Shown here: one piece after another, positions 1 through 9,441 of the stretch
Numbering within the stretch: position 1 is the first letter of the stretch
How the letters are laid out: every line of letters begins with the position of its first letter
NCBI GenBank assembly: GCA_965232345.1
Contig: OZ246969.1
Location: 168-64,167, forward strand
Direction of reading: 5' to 3'
DNA: 64,000 nucleotides
Source: Arenicellales bacterium
GTDB lineage: Bacteria; Pseudomonadota; Gammaproteobacteria; Arenicellales; JAJDZL01
Position numbers and translations under genes: made by a program
The notes under the pieces: generated by a model
The model's database searches: none
What the model saw: the letters and a program-made list of their open reading frames with translations, nothing else
Told to the model about the DNA's origin: nothing

Positions 1-653
1 CGAACGTGAAGTTTCCCGCGTTTGACGGATTCTGCACCACCCAGGACGCAGTCGATACATACGGCCTGAAGTCGGTCTACGATCTCACTCGGCCTGAAAT
101 TGTCCAGCTCACGGACCGCAACGGTGACGGCAAGGGCGAGATCTGGATGGGCGCGCCCGGCTGGAGCTCAACAAAGATTCATCAGATCAGGGCAAGAGAC
201 TATGGGTTTGCCGATCTGTATGAGCTGACTGTCAGTGAGGAGAATGTAATTCTGGCGCAGATCGATGCCGATGCGAAAGCCGGCCGCGTCATTGTCTGGG
301 CCTGTTATCTGCCGCATCATGTATTCGGAATGCACAAGCTCGCCATTCTGGAAGAGCCAGCTCATGATCCTGAAAAGTGGCAGGTGGCGAATTTGAACGA
401 TGACCCCAACTGGCTGGAAAACTCACATGTCTCAACGTCGTTCCCTCCGATCAGTTCGCATATGGCGTACTCCAAGCGGCTGCTGACTGATGCGCCTGAA
501 ATGGCTAAATTGCTGGATGGCATCCAGTTCAGCCAGCAGCTGATCAATGACTGGTCATTCGCGGTGAGCGTTGAAGAGCGCGATCCGGCCGTCTACGCCC
601 GAGAATGGGTTGATGCCAACAAAGATCTGGTGCTCTCCTGGCTGGGCAACTGA
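1..653 (+). CDS. Glycine betaine/proline betaine-type ABC transporter substrate-binding protein (ProX-like), C-terminal part; 5' end lies outside the window
   Basis: The ORF is open to the window edge (track ORF 6..653). Segments such as TDRNGDGKGEIWMGAPGWSS and the C-terminal region resemble my recollection of E. coli ProX ([20 protein letters not shown]...). Confidence 0.7.
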   Translation, partial: NVKFPAFDGFCTTQDAVDTYGLKSVYDLTRPEIVQLTDRNGDGKGEIWMGAPGWSSTKIHQIRARDYGFADLYELTVSEENVILAQIDADAKAGRVIVWACYLPHHVFGMHKLAILEEPAHDPEKWQVANLNDDPNWLENSHVSTSFPPISSHMAYSKRLLTDAPEMAKLLDGIQFSQQLINDWSFAVSVEERDPAVYAREWVDANKDLVLSWLGN

Positions 654-680
654 TTGTTCAGATCAACACCTATTGTTTCG

Positions 681-719
681 CCTGAAGCGCGGCGATGGTG
701 CCGCGCTTCAGGCTTTTTG
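681..719 (+). terminator. Rho-independent terminator after the ProX-like gene
   Basis: Stem CCTGAAGCGCGGC / GCCGCGCTTCAGG with loop GATGGT, followed by a TTTTT run, about 28 nt after the stop codon. Confidence 0.65.
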
Positions 720-886
720 TGCTTCTGAGCCTTCAGCGAGTTAACGCAGACAGTCAGTGTCTCAATATTGGTCGATCACTTTCGCATTGGATTTGAGCGA
801 AAGTTTTTCTTCCGATGCAGAGCGGAGATCAACCTACGCAATCAGCGCAATTCCGAATCCCTTAAACCCAAAACTAAACCAACGAA

Positions 887-2071
887 ATGACCAGCATCGA
901 CCCTCGAGATCGCGACGCTCTGAACAAGCTGCTGCAAGCTCGGCCTATGTGGCGCGGCAACGAATTGGCTGCGAGCGCGATCAATTTGGACTCTTCAGTC
1001 ATTCTCCATGCAGGTCCGCCGTTCGAATCTACAGAGGAAATTCCCGAGCCAGTGCTCAATTCAGCAGCGGTGGCCCTCGTTTTCGAAAATCTGGCGGATG
1101 ACTTCGAAGCGGCTCGGTCAATGATTCGAGCTGGCGAAGTCTCTCTGCAGCCAGCCCAAGACCATGCGACAGTCGTTCCTCTCGCAGGAGTAGTTTCCTC
1201 TTCCATGTGGCTTCATCAGATCATCGACTCCAACAATCCGGACAACATCACCTATTCGCCGCTCAACGGCGGCAATGGACCGGCTATGCGATTGGGATTG
1301 TGCAGTGAGTCAGCGCTGAATCATCTTCGGTGGATCAATCAGGAGCTGATTGACGCAGTCGAAAATTGTCTTGAAGGAGAGATCGATCTGCTTCGGGTTG
1401 CGAGAGAGGCGCTGTCCTACGGAGATGACTGCCATGGTCGAACCATTGCAGCAACCCGCGCAGTGTTGAATCATTTCCAACCCGCACTGAACGACTTTCC
1501 TGCACAAAAAAGGTTTTTGGAAGACAGTCCGAGTTTCGCGCTGAATCTCCTGATGGCGTCTGCCAAATGCATGATGCTGGCCGCTGATCACAACCCGCAT
1601 AGCGGTGTCGTGACTGCAGCCGCTGGAAATGGCGTCAGAGTCGGAATCAAGGTTGCCGGCAGTCCTGATCATTGGATTGCTACCGAAGCGGATTCCCCAG
1701 CGGGTGATCTGGGTGACTATCCCGCATCAAGAGCGCTGGGCGCGATCGGTGACAGCGCAGTCGTCGATATGGTTGGCTTCGGGGCGATGGCGATTGCCTA
1801 TGCGGAAGCGCAGCGCGAGATGTTTGGAAACTTTCTGCCAGCAGACGCGGGTCAGCTGCCGGGCGCCTTGCTGGCATCCGTTCACGACGCATTCGGATCA
1901 CTGCAATTCAGAACCGGACTCAGTGCGCGGACGGTCGTCGCTGAACACACCACACCGATCGTCAGCTTGGGCGTCATCGATCGGGAAGGCGCCGCTGGAA
2001 GACTGGGCGGCGGCATCTACCGTTATCCTGAGTCGCTGTTTCAGCAAGCTCTCGATTTGATTGAGGAATGA
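887..2071 (+). CDS. DUF1116 family protein (YlbE/AllH-like)
   Basis: 394 aa. ILHAGPP, GEVSLQP..VVPLAGVVSSSM, FALNLLMASAKCMMLAA, VVTAAAGNGVRVGIKV and GDSAVVDMVGFGAMAIA line up with remembered E. coli YlbE blocks (LLHAGPP, GEVNFIPCHHVNAVGPMGGITSASM, FFLNLAMAYCKAAMDA). Confidence 0.7.
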   Translation: MTSIDPRDRDALNKLLQARPMWRGNELAASAINLDSSVILHAGPPFESTEEIPEPVLNSAAVALVFENLADDFEAARSMIRAGEVSLQPAQDHATVVPLAGVVSSSMWLHQIIDSNNPDNITYSPLNGGNGPAMRLGLCSESALNHLRWINQELIDAVENCLEGEIDLLRVAREALSYGDDCHGRTIAATRAVLNHFQPALNDFPAQKRFLEDSPSFALNLLMASAKCMMLAADHNPHSGVVTAAAGNGVRVGIKVAGSPDHWIATEADSPAGDLGDYPASRALGAIGDSAVVDMVGFGAMAIAYAEAQREMFGNFLPADAGQLPGALLASVHDAFGSLQFRTGLSARTVVAEHTTPIVSLGVIDREGAAGRLGGGIYRYPESLFQQALDLIEE

Positions 2072-3396
2072 TCAGAATGCGAGGCTCCAATCTCAACGAA
2101 CTGCCACTTCACGAAGCATCCCGACTGATCCAGTCAAAATCAGTTCATCCTTTCGAGCTGGTTTCGGACTGCATGATAAGAATCGAAGAAATTGAGGATG
2201 AGCTGGGCGCCTTCACCACCTTTGAGCGAAAACTGCTTTTCAACGGGCTGGCGGCGATCGAGCATATGCAGATGAACTCTCCATTGTTCGGCGTTCCTGT
2301 CGGTGTCAAAGACATCATGGAGACTGCTGGGATTCGAACCACAATGGGCAGCGAGATTTATCGGGACTATGTTCCTGAGCGCGATGCCGTCTGTGTCGCC
2401 ATGCTGAGGGCTGCGGGCGCCATCATCGCCGGAAAGACTGAATCGACTGAGTTCGCCTTTTTCTTTCCGGGCAAGACACGCAATCCCCATAACGCAGACC
2501 ACACGCCGGGCGGCTCTTCCATGGGCTCCGCGGCCGCGGTGTCCAAAATGATGCTGCCGCTTGCGCTGGGCACGCAGACCGCCGGTTCCGTCATACGTCC
2601 GGCCGCGTATTGCGGAGTGACCGGATACAAGGCCAGTCACGGCGCGATCAGCCTTGCAGGCGTTTGCGGTTTCGCGCAAAGTCTCGATTCAATCGGGTTT
2701 TTCGTTCGCGAAGTGCGGGATTTGACAATTGTCAGAAACGCTCTGTTCGGCGCGCCGCTCGAATTCGCACCTGTGCCTGAATCAATTCGGGTCGGATTTG
2801 TCAGGACTCCGCATTGGAGTCTGACTGAAACCGATCAGCGGCAACTGCTTGAAGATGTCTGTCAGCATCTGGATGGACGCGGGTTCAAGGTCTCGGAAAT
2901 GGAAGTGGGGCCGTCTGACGGCGCGTTGACTGAGGCGCAGATCACTGTCATGGCTTACGAAGGATGCCGGTCCCTGAGTGCAGAATATCGAAAGTTTCCG
3001 CAACTGCTGAGTGATCAGCTCAACGCTCTGATTGAGCTTGGACAGAATACCACGTTCGAAAGCTACCGGAAGGCTCTCTCATTGTCTGAATTATGGCAAA
3101 GAAAGCTGCGGAAACTGTTCCGCGATTATGATGTGCTCATCACGCCAAGCGCCCCGGGTGAGGCGCCGAAAGGATTGAACGCCACTGGCGATCCGATTTT
3201 CAATCGAATGTGGACGCTGCTGAAAGTTCCGTGCATCCATCTTCCCGTGTCATTCGGCGCCAGCGGACTGCCGCTGGGAATTCAACTTGTCGGCGCGTTC
3301 AATCAAGACGACAGATTGATCAGCATAGCCCGTCAAATTGAAAGTCGCCTGGCTGATTTCCAATTCGAACCAGAAACATCTGAAAACGCAGACTGA
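2068..3396 (+). CDS. Amidase (amidase-signature family)
   Basis: 442 aa. GGSSMGSAAAV signature and an upstream VKD lysine motif. The start overlaps the DUF1116 stop as ATGA (2068-2071). Confidence 0.85.
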   Translation: MIRMRGSNLNELPLHEASRLIQSKSVHPFELVSDCMIRIEEIEDELGAFTTFERKLLFNGLAAIEHMQMNSPLFGVPVGVKDIMETAGIRTTMGSEIYRDYVPERDAVCVAMLRAAGAIIAGKTESTEFAFFFPGKTRNPHNADHTPGGSSMGSAAAVSKMMLPLALGTQTAGSVIRPAAYCGVTGYKASHGAISLAGVCGFAQSLDSIGFFVREVRDLTIVRNALFGAPLEFAPVPESIRVGFVRTPHWSLTETDQRQLLEDVCQHLDGRGFKVSEMEVGPSDGALTEAQITVMAYEGCRSLSAEYRKFPQLLSDQLNALIELGQNTTFESYRKALSLSELWQRKLRKLFRDYDVLITPSAPGEAPKGLNATGDPIFNRMWTLLKVPCIHLPVSFGASGLPLGIQLVGAFNQDDRLISIARQIESRLADFQFEPETSENAD

Positions 3397-3415
3397 ATCA
3401 CCGACAGCTTCGTCG

Positions 3416-4735
3416 TCAGACCAGAAGCCCGGCCAGCAAGGTCGCGATACCCAAGAAAGAGAAAAATCCGGCAATGTCAGTGATCGTAGTCAATACGATC
3501 GATGAGGCAACCGCCGGATCCTGACCTATTTTTTTCAGTCCCACCGGCACCACAACTCCTGCGATTCCAGCGATCATCATGGCCAGAATCATCGATGAGC
3601 TGATGACCAGAACCAATCCGGCCTGCCCGCTCCAGATATAGACAGCGATTCCACAGACAATGGCAATGGCGATGCCATTCCAGAGTCCGACGAAGGTCTC
3701 CTTCCGGATCATCTTCGGCCAGTCGCGTACGTGAACCTCCCTCAGGGCCAAGCCCCGCATGGTTACCGCCAACGCCTGCGCGCCGGCATTTCCGGACTGC
3801 CCTGCCACCACCGGCAGCAGCACAGCAAGCGCAGTGAACTTTGCGATGGTGCCTTCGAAAATCCCAACGACAGCCGCCGCCGCGAATGCCGTCAGCAGAT
3901 TCACCTGCATCCAGGGCAGCCGCTTGCGAATCGCCAGCCCGGGTCCGGATGACGCGCGCTCGTCTTTGCTCACCCCCACCATGGTTTGAATGTCGATTGA
4001 CACATCGTCTTTCAGAACATCGATCAGCGTCGCATGTCGAATCACCCCCAGCACCCGACGCGCATGATCGACCACAGCCAGCTCTTCCAAGCCGTAGTCT
4101 TCCATTTTCTGGCTGATCTCCTCGCGTGTCGCAGTTGGCTCGACAACCACCAATACCCGTTCGGAAAGAGACTCAAGCGTGTCTTCCGGGTTGGCAAGCG
4201 CAAGCGTGTTGAGCTGCACGACCGAGCGAAGGCACTGGTTTTCATCGACAAGCCGGAGCTCATAAACAGTCTGGCTGATCTTTCGGGCTCGCAGCATCTG
4301 CTGAGCTTCAGCGACGGTCATGTCTCCTTGGAACAGCAAGACCCGCGAATCCATCAGCCCGCCGGCTGTATCAATCGGATAGGCCATCAATTCCCTGATT
4401 TCATTGGCCAACGACTTGTTCAGGCTGTTCAGCAAGGCGGTCCTTTTATCAGCATTCATTATGGTGAGAATCGATGCCGCTCGGCCGGGGTCGATTGCAT
4501 CCAGCACAGCCAGCGCACTTGACTCCTGCGCCAATTCCAGCATTTCCGATGCCGTCGATGGAGACAGCGCCGACCAGACGGGCGCCGCAATGTCCTCAGG
4601 CACCTGACCCAGAATTTCAAAGGCATCTTCGACAGACAGTGTCTCCAGACGGTTCGCGGCGCTCTGCGGCGCCTCTTGGCAGAATCGGGAAATTAGGATC
4701 GATTCTGCGTTCTGTTGTTCTACGTGCTCGGCCAT
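3416..4735 (-). CDS. mgtE: Magnesium transporter MgtE
   Basis: MgtE N-domain, CBS pair and a C-terminal 5-TM region (…AGNAGAQALAVTMRGLAL…). The track ORF extends to 4801. The ATG at 4735 is preferred because a GGGAGA Shine-Dalgarno sits about 8 nt upstream. Confidence 0.9.
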   Translation of the reverse strand: MAEHVEQQNAESILISRFCQEAPQSAANRLETLSVEDAFEILGQVPEDIAAPVWSALSPSTASEMLELAQESSALAVLDAIDPGRAASILTIMNADKRTALLNSLNKSLANEIRELMAYPIDTAGGLMDSRVLLFQGDMTVAEAQQMLRARKISQTVYELRLVDENQCLRSVVQLNTLALANPEDTLESLSERVLVVVEPTATREEISQKMEDYGLEELAVVDHARRVLGVIRHATLIDVLKDDVSIDIQTMVGVSKDERASSGPGLAIRKRLPWMQVNLLTAFAAAAVVGIFEGTIAKFTALAVLLPVVAGQSGNAGAQALAVTMRGLALREVHVRDWPKMIRKETFVGLWNGIAIAIVCGIAVYIWSGQAGLVLVISSSMILAMMIAGIAGVVVPVGLKKIGQDPAVASSIVLTTITDIAGFFSFLGIATLLAGLLV

Positions 4736-4766
4736 CGCTGAATCTCCCGATTCATTGTGGTTGTGA

Positions 4767-5594
4767 TTAGTTGAATGTGCGTTTTGCGGATAAAGCCGCA
4801 ACCATCATGTCCGCCAGTCTAAGACAGTAAATTTCCGCGAATCCCAAGACATCGGCATTCGGTTTGCTCACCGGATCAGCCGGCGATGATTCTGCCATCG
4901 CGCCCCATAAGTCGACAAAGCGAACGATTCCGACGAACTTCTGGTCGCGATCAATGACCGGCAGGATATCCGCATCAGCCCATTCATCCCACTCAACAGC
5001 CTGCTCAAGCGTCAGTGAAGCATAGATGGGCTTGATAGATGAATTCATGATTCTGGACACCGACTGACGCTCATCGACATGCTGCAGCAGTTCAATCAGT
5101 GAAACTGATCCAAGCGCCTCGTTCTGTTCATTGATGACGTATACACGACTGTAGATGTAGCCCTCATCAATCACCAGTTTCTTTGCTTCTGCGATCAGCA
5201 TGTCGGCGCGGCAGCAAATGGCCGCCGTGTCCATCCAGGCGCCTACCAAGGAGTTCTGGTACCGCAGTGTGATTGAAATTCGAAGCGCCTGACGGCGCGA
5301 GAGCATTCCCAGCAAAGCGGTACGCGCCTCTTCACCTGTGTTTCGAAGAATCGCCGCCGCATCTTTTGGGCTGAGTCGGTTAAGGTACTTGGTGGCTGAG
5401 GCTCTCGGCATCGCTTCCACACACCTGGCGGCTGCTGTCGGCAGCATAGAGCGAAGCGCCAGAACACTCAACGAATCTTCAATCGCCTCAATGAACTCTC
5501 CGGCTTCCTCCGCCTGCAGCTGCTGAATGGCGCTGACTGCGGCCGCACTGTAGCGACTGACGAAGTACTCTGCAATTTTCAAACGCTCAGACAT
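4767..5594 (-). CDS. Soluble MgtE-N domain plus CBS-pair protein (MgtE cytoplasmic-domain paralog without a membrane domain)
   Basis: About 275 aa. It resembles the MgtE N-terminal and CBS region and has no TM segments. The track ORF extends to 5621. The ATG at 5594 overlaps the MscS-like stop by 8 nt. Confidence 0.65.
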   Translation of the reverse strand: MSERLKIAEYFVSRYSAAAVSAIQQLQAEEAGEFIEAIEDSLSVLALRSMLPTAAARCVEAMPRASATKYLNRLSPKDAAAILRNTGEEARTALLGMLSRRQALRISITLRYQNSLVGAWMDTAAICCRADMLIAEAKKLVIDEGYIYSRVYVINEQNEALGSVSLIELLQHVDERQSVSRIMNSSIKPIYASLTLEQAVEWDEWADADILPVIDRDQKFVGIVRFVDLWGAMAESSPADPVSKPNADVLGFAEIYCLRLADMMVAALSAKRTFN

Positions 5595-6426
5595 TCTTCG
5601 ACTCCCGGGCCACCAGAACACTGGGCCGCTCCGAAAACATCTGCGCGGGTATTGTCACCCGTCCTTCCTCTGTATCGAGTATCACCGATACTGACGTTAC
5701 CTCAAGCACCGTGCCTTCGTGCTCACCGATGCGAATTCGCTGCCCCAGGCGGTAATCAGGATTCAGATACCGCACACCGATCAGGTTGCTGACCAGCTGT
5801 CGGGCGCCCAGGCTGAAAGCGATTGCCAGACCGCCCAGCGCGGCACCGATGGTAACCGACAGAATCGTTACTACAATGGTGATATCCACTCCAATCTGAT
5901 CGACACCGATCAGGATGAGAACGATGAGAACGAAAAACTGAGCGACCCGAGAGAGCGCCAGGCGCTGCGATTCTGCAAGATTCACCGCTGCGGTCCCTAT
6001 AGCCTGTCCGACGAGACCGCTGAACACGACACCGGCCCAGATAATCAGCGCTCCAGAAAGAATGTTTGGCAAGTGGTTGACAAGCCGGTTCAGCCAGTCG
6101 GCGAACAAGCCAAGACCGAGCAGATCCGTCGACAGTGCGACAAAAACCAGAATGACAAGCCAGAAAACAATCCTTCCGATGACAAGAGCGAAGGGTTCAT
6201 CAACCTTCGGCAGGACCGGTGTGCCGGCAATCTGAATGCGCGGACGGATTCGGTTGAGTCCTCCGATTAGTCGAACGACTATGATTTTGCTGATTCGGGC
6301 GACAATCCAACCTACCAGCAGAATTCCCAATACAATCAGAAGCTGCGGTAGAAAATTGATGAAGCTCGTCAGCGCATCAAGCGCAAGAAATGCAAGGTAG
6401 GTACCCCAGTTCAGTATCGTTTCCAT
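5587..6426 (-). CDS. Mechanosensitive ion channel family protein (MscS-like)
   Basis: 279 aa. N-terminal TM helices followed by an MscS beta-domain-like stretch (RIRIGEHEGTVLEVTSVSVILDTEEGRVTIPAQMF). Confidence 0.8.
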   Translation of the reverse strand: METILNWGTYLAFLALDALTSFINFLPQLLIVLGILLVGWIVARISKIIVVRLIGGLNRIRPRIQIAGTPVLPKVDEPFALVIGRIVFWLVILVFVALSTDLLGLGLFADWLNRLVNHLPNILSGALIIWAGVVFSGLVGQAIGTAAVNLAESQRLALSRVAQFFVLIVLILIGVDQIGVDITIVVTILSVTIGAALGGLAIAFSLGARQLVSNLIGVRYLNPDYRLGQRIRIGEHEGTVLEVTSVSVILDTEEGRVTIPAQMFSERPSVLVARESKNV

Positions 6427-6607
6427 ATTTTCTGCTCAGTGGCCGGCACCCATACGCGAGTGATCCGACATCTGCGCGAATTTTCTCGAATCACCGCGCT
6501 TTGAGGCAAAAATAATTTGCCAGATATTATAATCGGATAATGTGTTGTTTTTATTGGCGATTGAATAACGCTTGATTCGCTTCGGCATCAAATTTGCAAG
6601 TCAGTGT

Positions 6608-6925
6608 TCACTGCAGGTGTGATTGCAGTGGATTGTGTCGGGAATCCATCTCCGATGACAGGGATGTGCTGACGGTAACTGATGCGCGTCGGGTGTTGAG
6701 ATGGCAATGCTTGAGCAGGCCACGGTTGCGCTCCTCACACTTGGGCATCAGCCGTTCGACCCATTCGCTCAGCTGCAGCTGCCTGACAGTCTGGCCGAGC
6801 GGCATCAAACTTCCAGACAATGTGAGAGTGAGTTTGGTGCCGGCGGTCTCGTAAAGCAGAATGTTGATGGCCTTGTATAATTTCTTTTTGAGGGCTATCA
6901 GGAGAATCGCTAAATTCGCAGGCAC
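6608..6925 (-). CDS. Hypothetical ORF, possibly a decayed transposase N-terminal remnant
   Basis: 105-aa ORF abutting the palindromic element. LQLSEWVERLMPKCEERNRG only weakly recalls the LxxxQWxxIxPLLP motif of IS5-type (DUF4096) N-termini. It may be non-coding. Confidence 0.2.
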   Translation of the reverse strand: MPANLAILLIALKKKLYKAINILLYETAGTKLTLTLSGSLMPLGQTVRQLQLSEWVERLMPKCEERNRGLLKHCHLNTRRASVTVSTSLSSEMDSRHNPLQSHLQ

Positions 6926-6928
6926 TCC

Positions 6929-6994
6929 AATATTTAGGTTAGTGATAATATTTAGGTTAGTGATCGCTGCGAAGCAGTATCACTAACCTAAATA
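6929..6994. repeat. Palindromic element copy A (hairpin with a tandemly duplicated left arm)
   Basis: AATATTTAGGTTAGTGAT occurs twice in tandem (6929-6946 and 6947-6964). It is followed by loop CGCTGCGAAGCAGT and the complementary arm ATCACTAACCTAAATA. A reverse-complement copy lies at 40717-40766. Confidence 0.85.
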
Positions 6995-7395
6995 CTGGCT
7001 TACCTTTTCTTCGTTCTTTGTTCATTATTGGTAGTCATTGGTCAAACTTCATCGGATTCTACTGGTTGGTCTAACAATGATTCAAGTCAACCATTGCTGA
7101 ACCTGTGGGTAGTTGCGGACCAAGTTGCGCCTGTTCGTGAAGCACTGCCAAGTGGTTTTTTTCGGTGGCCGGGCAAAATCATCTCAGAAACAGTTCTTGA
7201 CAAGCAATATTTGGTTACGAATGCGAAGACTCTGCCATATGTATTCTCGACTTAAACTTGGGTCGAGCTAAAGAAAGATGATGGCAGCAGTGAGTCTATC
7301 GGTTGGGTTTATTGGGGAGAGGAGAAAGTTCCAGAGAAAAGTGCAAATTTCACTGCGGTAGCTAAAAACCGATCTCAACTAAATCAATGAACAAT

Positions 7396-7430
7396 GTGCG
7401 CACTGTTGCGGCGAATGGAACAGCGCGCAC
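7396..7430 (-). terminator. Stem-loop downstream of the 206-aa gene (possible terminator)
   Basis: GTGCGCACTGTT / AACAGCGCGCAC forms a 12-bp stem with one mismatch and an 11-nt loop, about 42 nt past the stop at 7472. The T-tract is weak. Confidence 0.35.
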
Positions 7431-7471
7431 CTGCAAAATTTTTCCTGCGGAGCAAAAAATCACAAATTCGA

Positions 7472-8092
7472 TCAGTCAGTTGGGGTGAGCCAGGTTTCAG
7501 ATATTGCCAGGAACGCAGTGCTCATCTCGCGTCCAAGAAAGTTTCTGGTTGTGATCTGCCCCGAGAATTTCTGTCCATTGACGGAAATTTCCGCCGATTT
7601 CGCTTCCAGGAACACGCTGTACATCTCGTGCTCGCCAGTGGCTGAAATCTCAACTGCCACCTCCGCAGCGAACGGTTCCTGCAAATCCCGCCAGGTCATC
7701 ACAACTTCCAGATCTTTTGAGATCACCGACTCGCTGCGATAGTCCCTGAGGTCTCCTTTTGTGGTCACCTCATCGATTGGCAGATAAGTCATGGAGCCCA
7801 GTCCCTCGCGTCCGCGAAATGACGGAAATTTGGACATGAAATCGCGAATCAGATACTCGGTAAGCGGCTCATTGTCAGTCAGGCAGATATTGTTCGCGTC
7901 AGGATAGCCCGTCGCTTCATTCGGCTTTTCCAGCACAATCATGGTCGTTCCTGCGCCATGCGGAGACAACGCGACGCGGAAGAAAATTCCAAGCGCGGTC
8001 CAGTCACCGTCCGGGTCTTCTTTCAGATAGATGCCAGGATTGTCGCCTGACCATTCAACCTTGCTGGGATTTCGAGGTTTGTTGGGGTCCAT
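7472..8092 (-). CDS. Hypothetical protein (206 aa)
   Basis: Clean ORF with protein-like composition. I recognise no motif. Confidence 0.55.
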   Translation of the reverse strand: MDPNKPRNPSKVEWSGDNPGIYLKEDPDGDWTALGIFFRVALSPHGAGTTMIVLEKPNEATGYPDANNICLTDNEPLTEYLIRDFMSKFPSFRGREGLGSMTYLPIDEVTTKGDLRDYRSESVISKDLEVVMTWRDLQEPFAAEVAVEISATGEHEMYSVFLEAKSAEISVNGQKFSGQITTRNFLGREMSTAFLAISETWLTPTD

Positions 8093-8328
8093 AGCAGTCT
8101 CCAGTTGAGCGTTTCAAAGTGGTCGAAATTATACTCATCGGACGCGTCTGAATAATCTGACGCCTCCGGCCGTCCGCGCGCAATCATCGAATCGGCGGTT
8201 CATCATGCTGACAGTAAAATACCCGGCAAATTCACGAGTGTTCTCGAATCTTGATCGCTGGCATTCATCGCACAGGTGAAGCGTCAGTGATTGTTTTCCA
8301 ACCAGCAGTTTCAATCTGCACATAAACC

Positions 8329-9408
8329 ATGGAACTCACGACTGACCGGTTTTTTTCACCGGAGCATCAGCAGCCTGAAGACTGGCTGAGCCTGCAGCGG
8401 TATCTTGGAAGTCTCGGCCATGAATTCAATGCTGAGCCGGTGCCGAGACAGTTTGTGGGCGGTTTTGGAAATCTCAATTTTCTGATCCGGATGGATGGAG
8501 AATCCTGTGTGCTCCGCCGTCCCCCGCACGGGCCGCTGCCGCCGGGTGCCAATGACATGGTGCGCGAGTTCAAAGTGACTTCCAGACTCTGGAGAAAGTT
8601 TCCTCTGGCACCTAGAGGAATCCTGCTGTGTGAAGATTCGGCGGTGCTGGGAGCGCCTTTTCTGATCATGCAGTACCGGCCGGGCGCAATCATTCAGATG
8701 GAAGTGCCGGAATTTCTGCACAGCAAGACCTGGCGGCTTTCGGAAATGGTGGTCGAGGTGCTGGTCGAGTTTCAGTCCGTCGACCCGAGCAGTGTTGAAT
8801 TGGAAAATCTCGGGCGACCCGAAGGCTTTCTTGAACGCGCGGTGCGCGGCTGGGTGAAGCGGTTTCATGTTGCGGCGGAGGATGTCTATCGAGACCGCGC
8901 CAGTCCTGCCTCAGCTTCAGAAATCATTCGCTGGCTGGAGCGGCAGCCTGTACCCAGCGCGGGGCACACCCTGCTTCACAATGATTTCAAGCTCAACAAC
9001 ATTGTTCTTGATCGCGAAGATCTGACCCGCCCAATCGCGCTTCTCGACTGGGACATGTGCACATTGGGAGACCCCCTGTTTGATTTTGCCACACTCCTGA
9101 GTTACTGGGTCGAGCCGACTGATCCGCCGGCACTCAACAAAGTCGGACAGATGCCGACTTCGACCAGCCCCGGCTGGATGAGCCGCGAGGACGTTGCAGA
9201 TTGCTATGCGAAGATCAGCGGACGCGATCTTTCAGACATTCACTACTATCGGGTGCTGACAGCCTTCAAGCACTGCATCATCTTCATGCAGATCTATGCG
9301 CGGTTCTGCCGCGGCACCACGACCGATCCCCGTATAGCTGAGCTGGGACCGGCACTTGACTCCCTTTTTGAGTTCACGCACGATATCGTCAAGAAGCGCT
9401 TCTTCTAG
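8329..9408 (+). CDS. Phosphotransferase family protein (APH/choline-kinase-like fold)
   Basis: 359 aa. Catalytic loop LLHNDFKLNNIVLD and metal-binding LLDWDMCTLGDPLFDFA. Confidence 0.8.
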   Translation: MELTTDRFFSPEHQQPEDWLSLQRYLGSLGHEFNAEPVPRQFVGGFGNLNFLIRMDGESCVLRRPPHGPLPPGANDMVREFKVTSRLWRKFPLAPRGILLCEDSAVLGAPFLIMQYRPGAIIQMEVPEFLHSKTWRLSEMVVEVLVEFQSVDPSSVELENLGRPEGFLERAVRGWVKRFHVAAEDVYRDRASPASASEIIRWLERQPVPSAGHTLLHNDFKLNNIVLDREDLTRPIALLDWDMCTLGDPLFDFATLLSYWVEPTDPPALNKVGQMPTSTSPGWMSREDVADCYAKISGRDLSDIHYYRVLTAFKHCIIFMQIYARFCRGTTTDPRIAELGPALDSLFEFTHDIVKKRFF

Positions 9409-9441
9409 CGCAGCCAGCAAAAGCCTTCTGCTGATTGCGCG

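Noticed and set aside
757-1206. ORFs 757..1101(+) and 874..1206(-) overlapping the start of the DUF1116 gene
   Set aside because: Their composition is Ser/Arg-rich and low-complexity, and they overlap a gene with clear family similarity. They are most likely non-coding frames.
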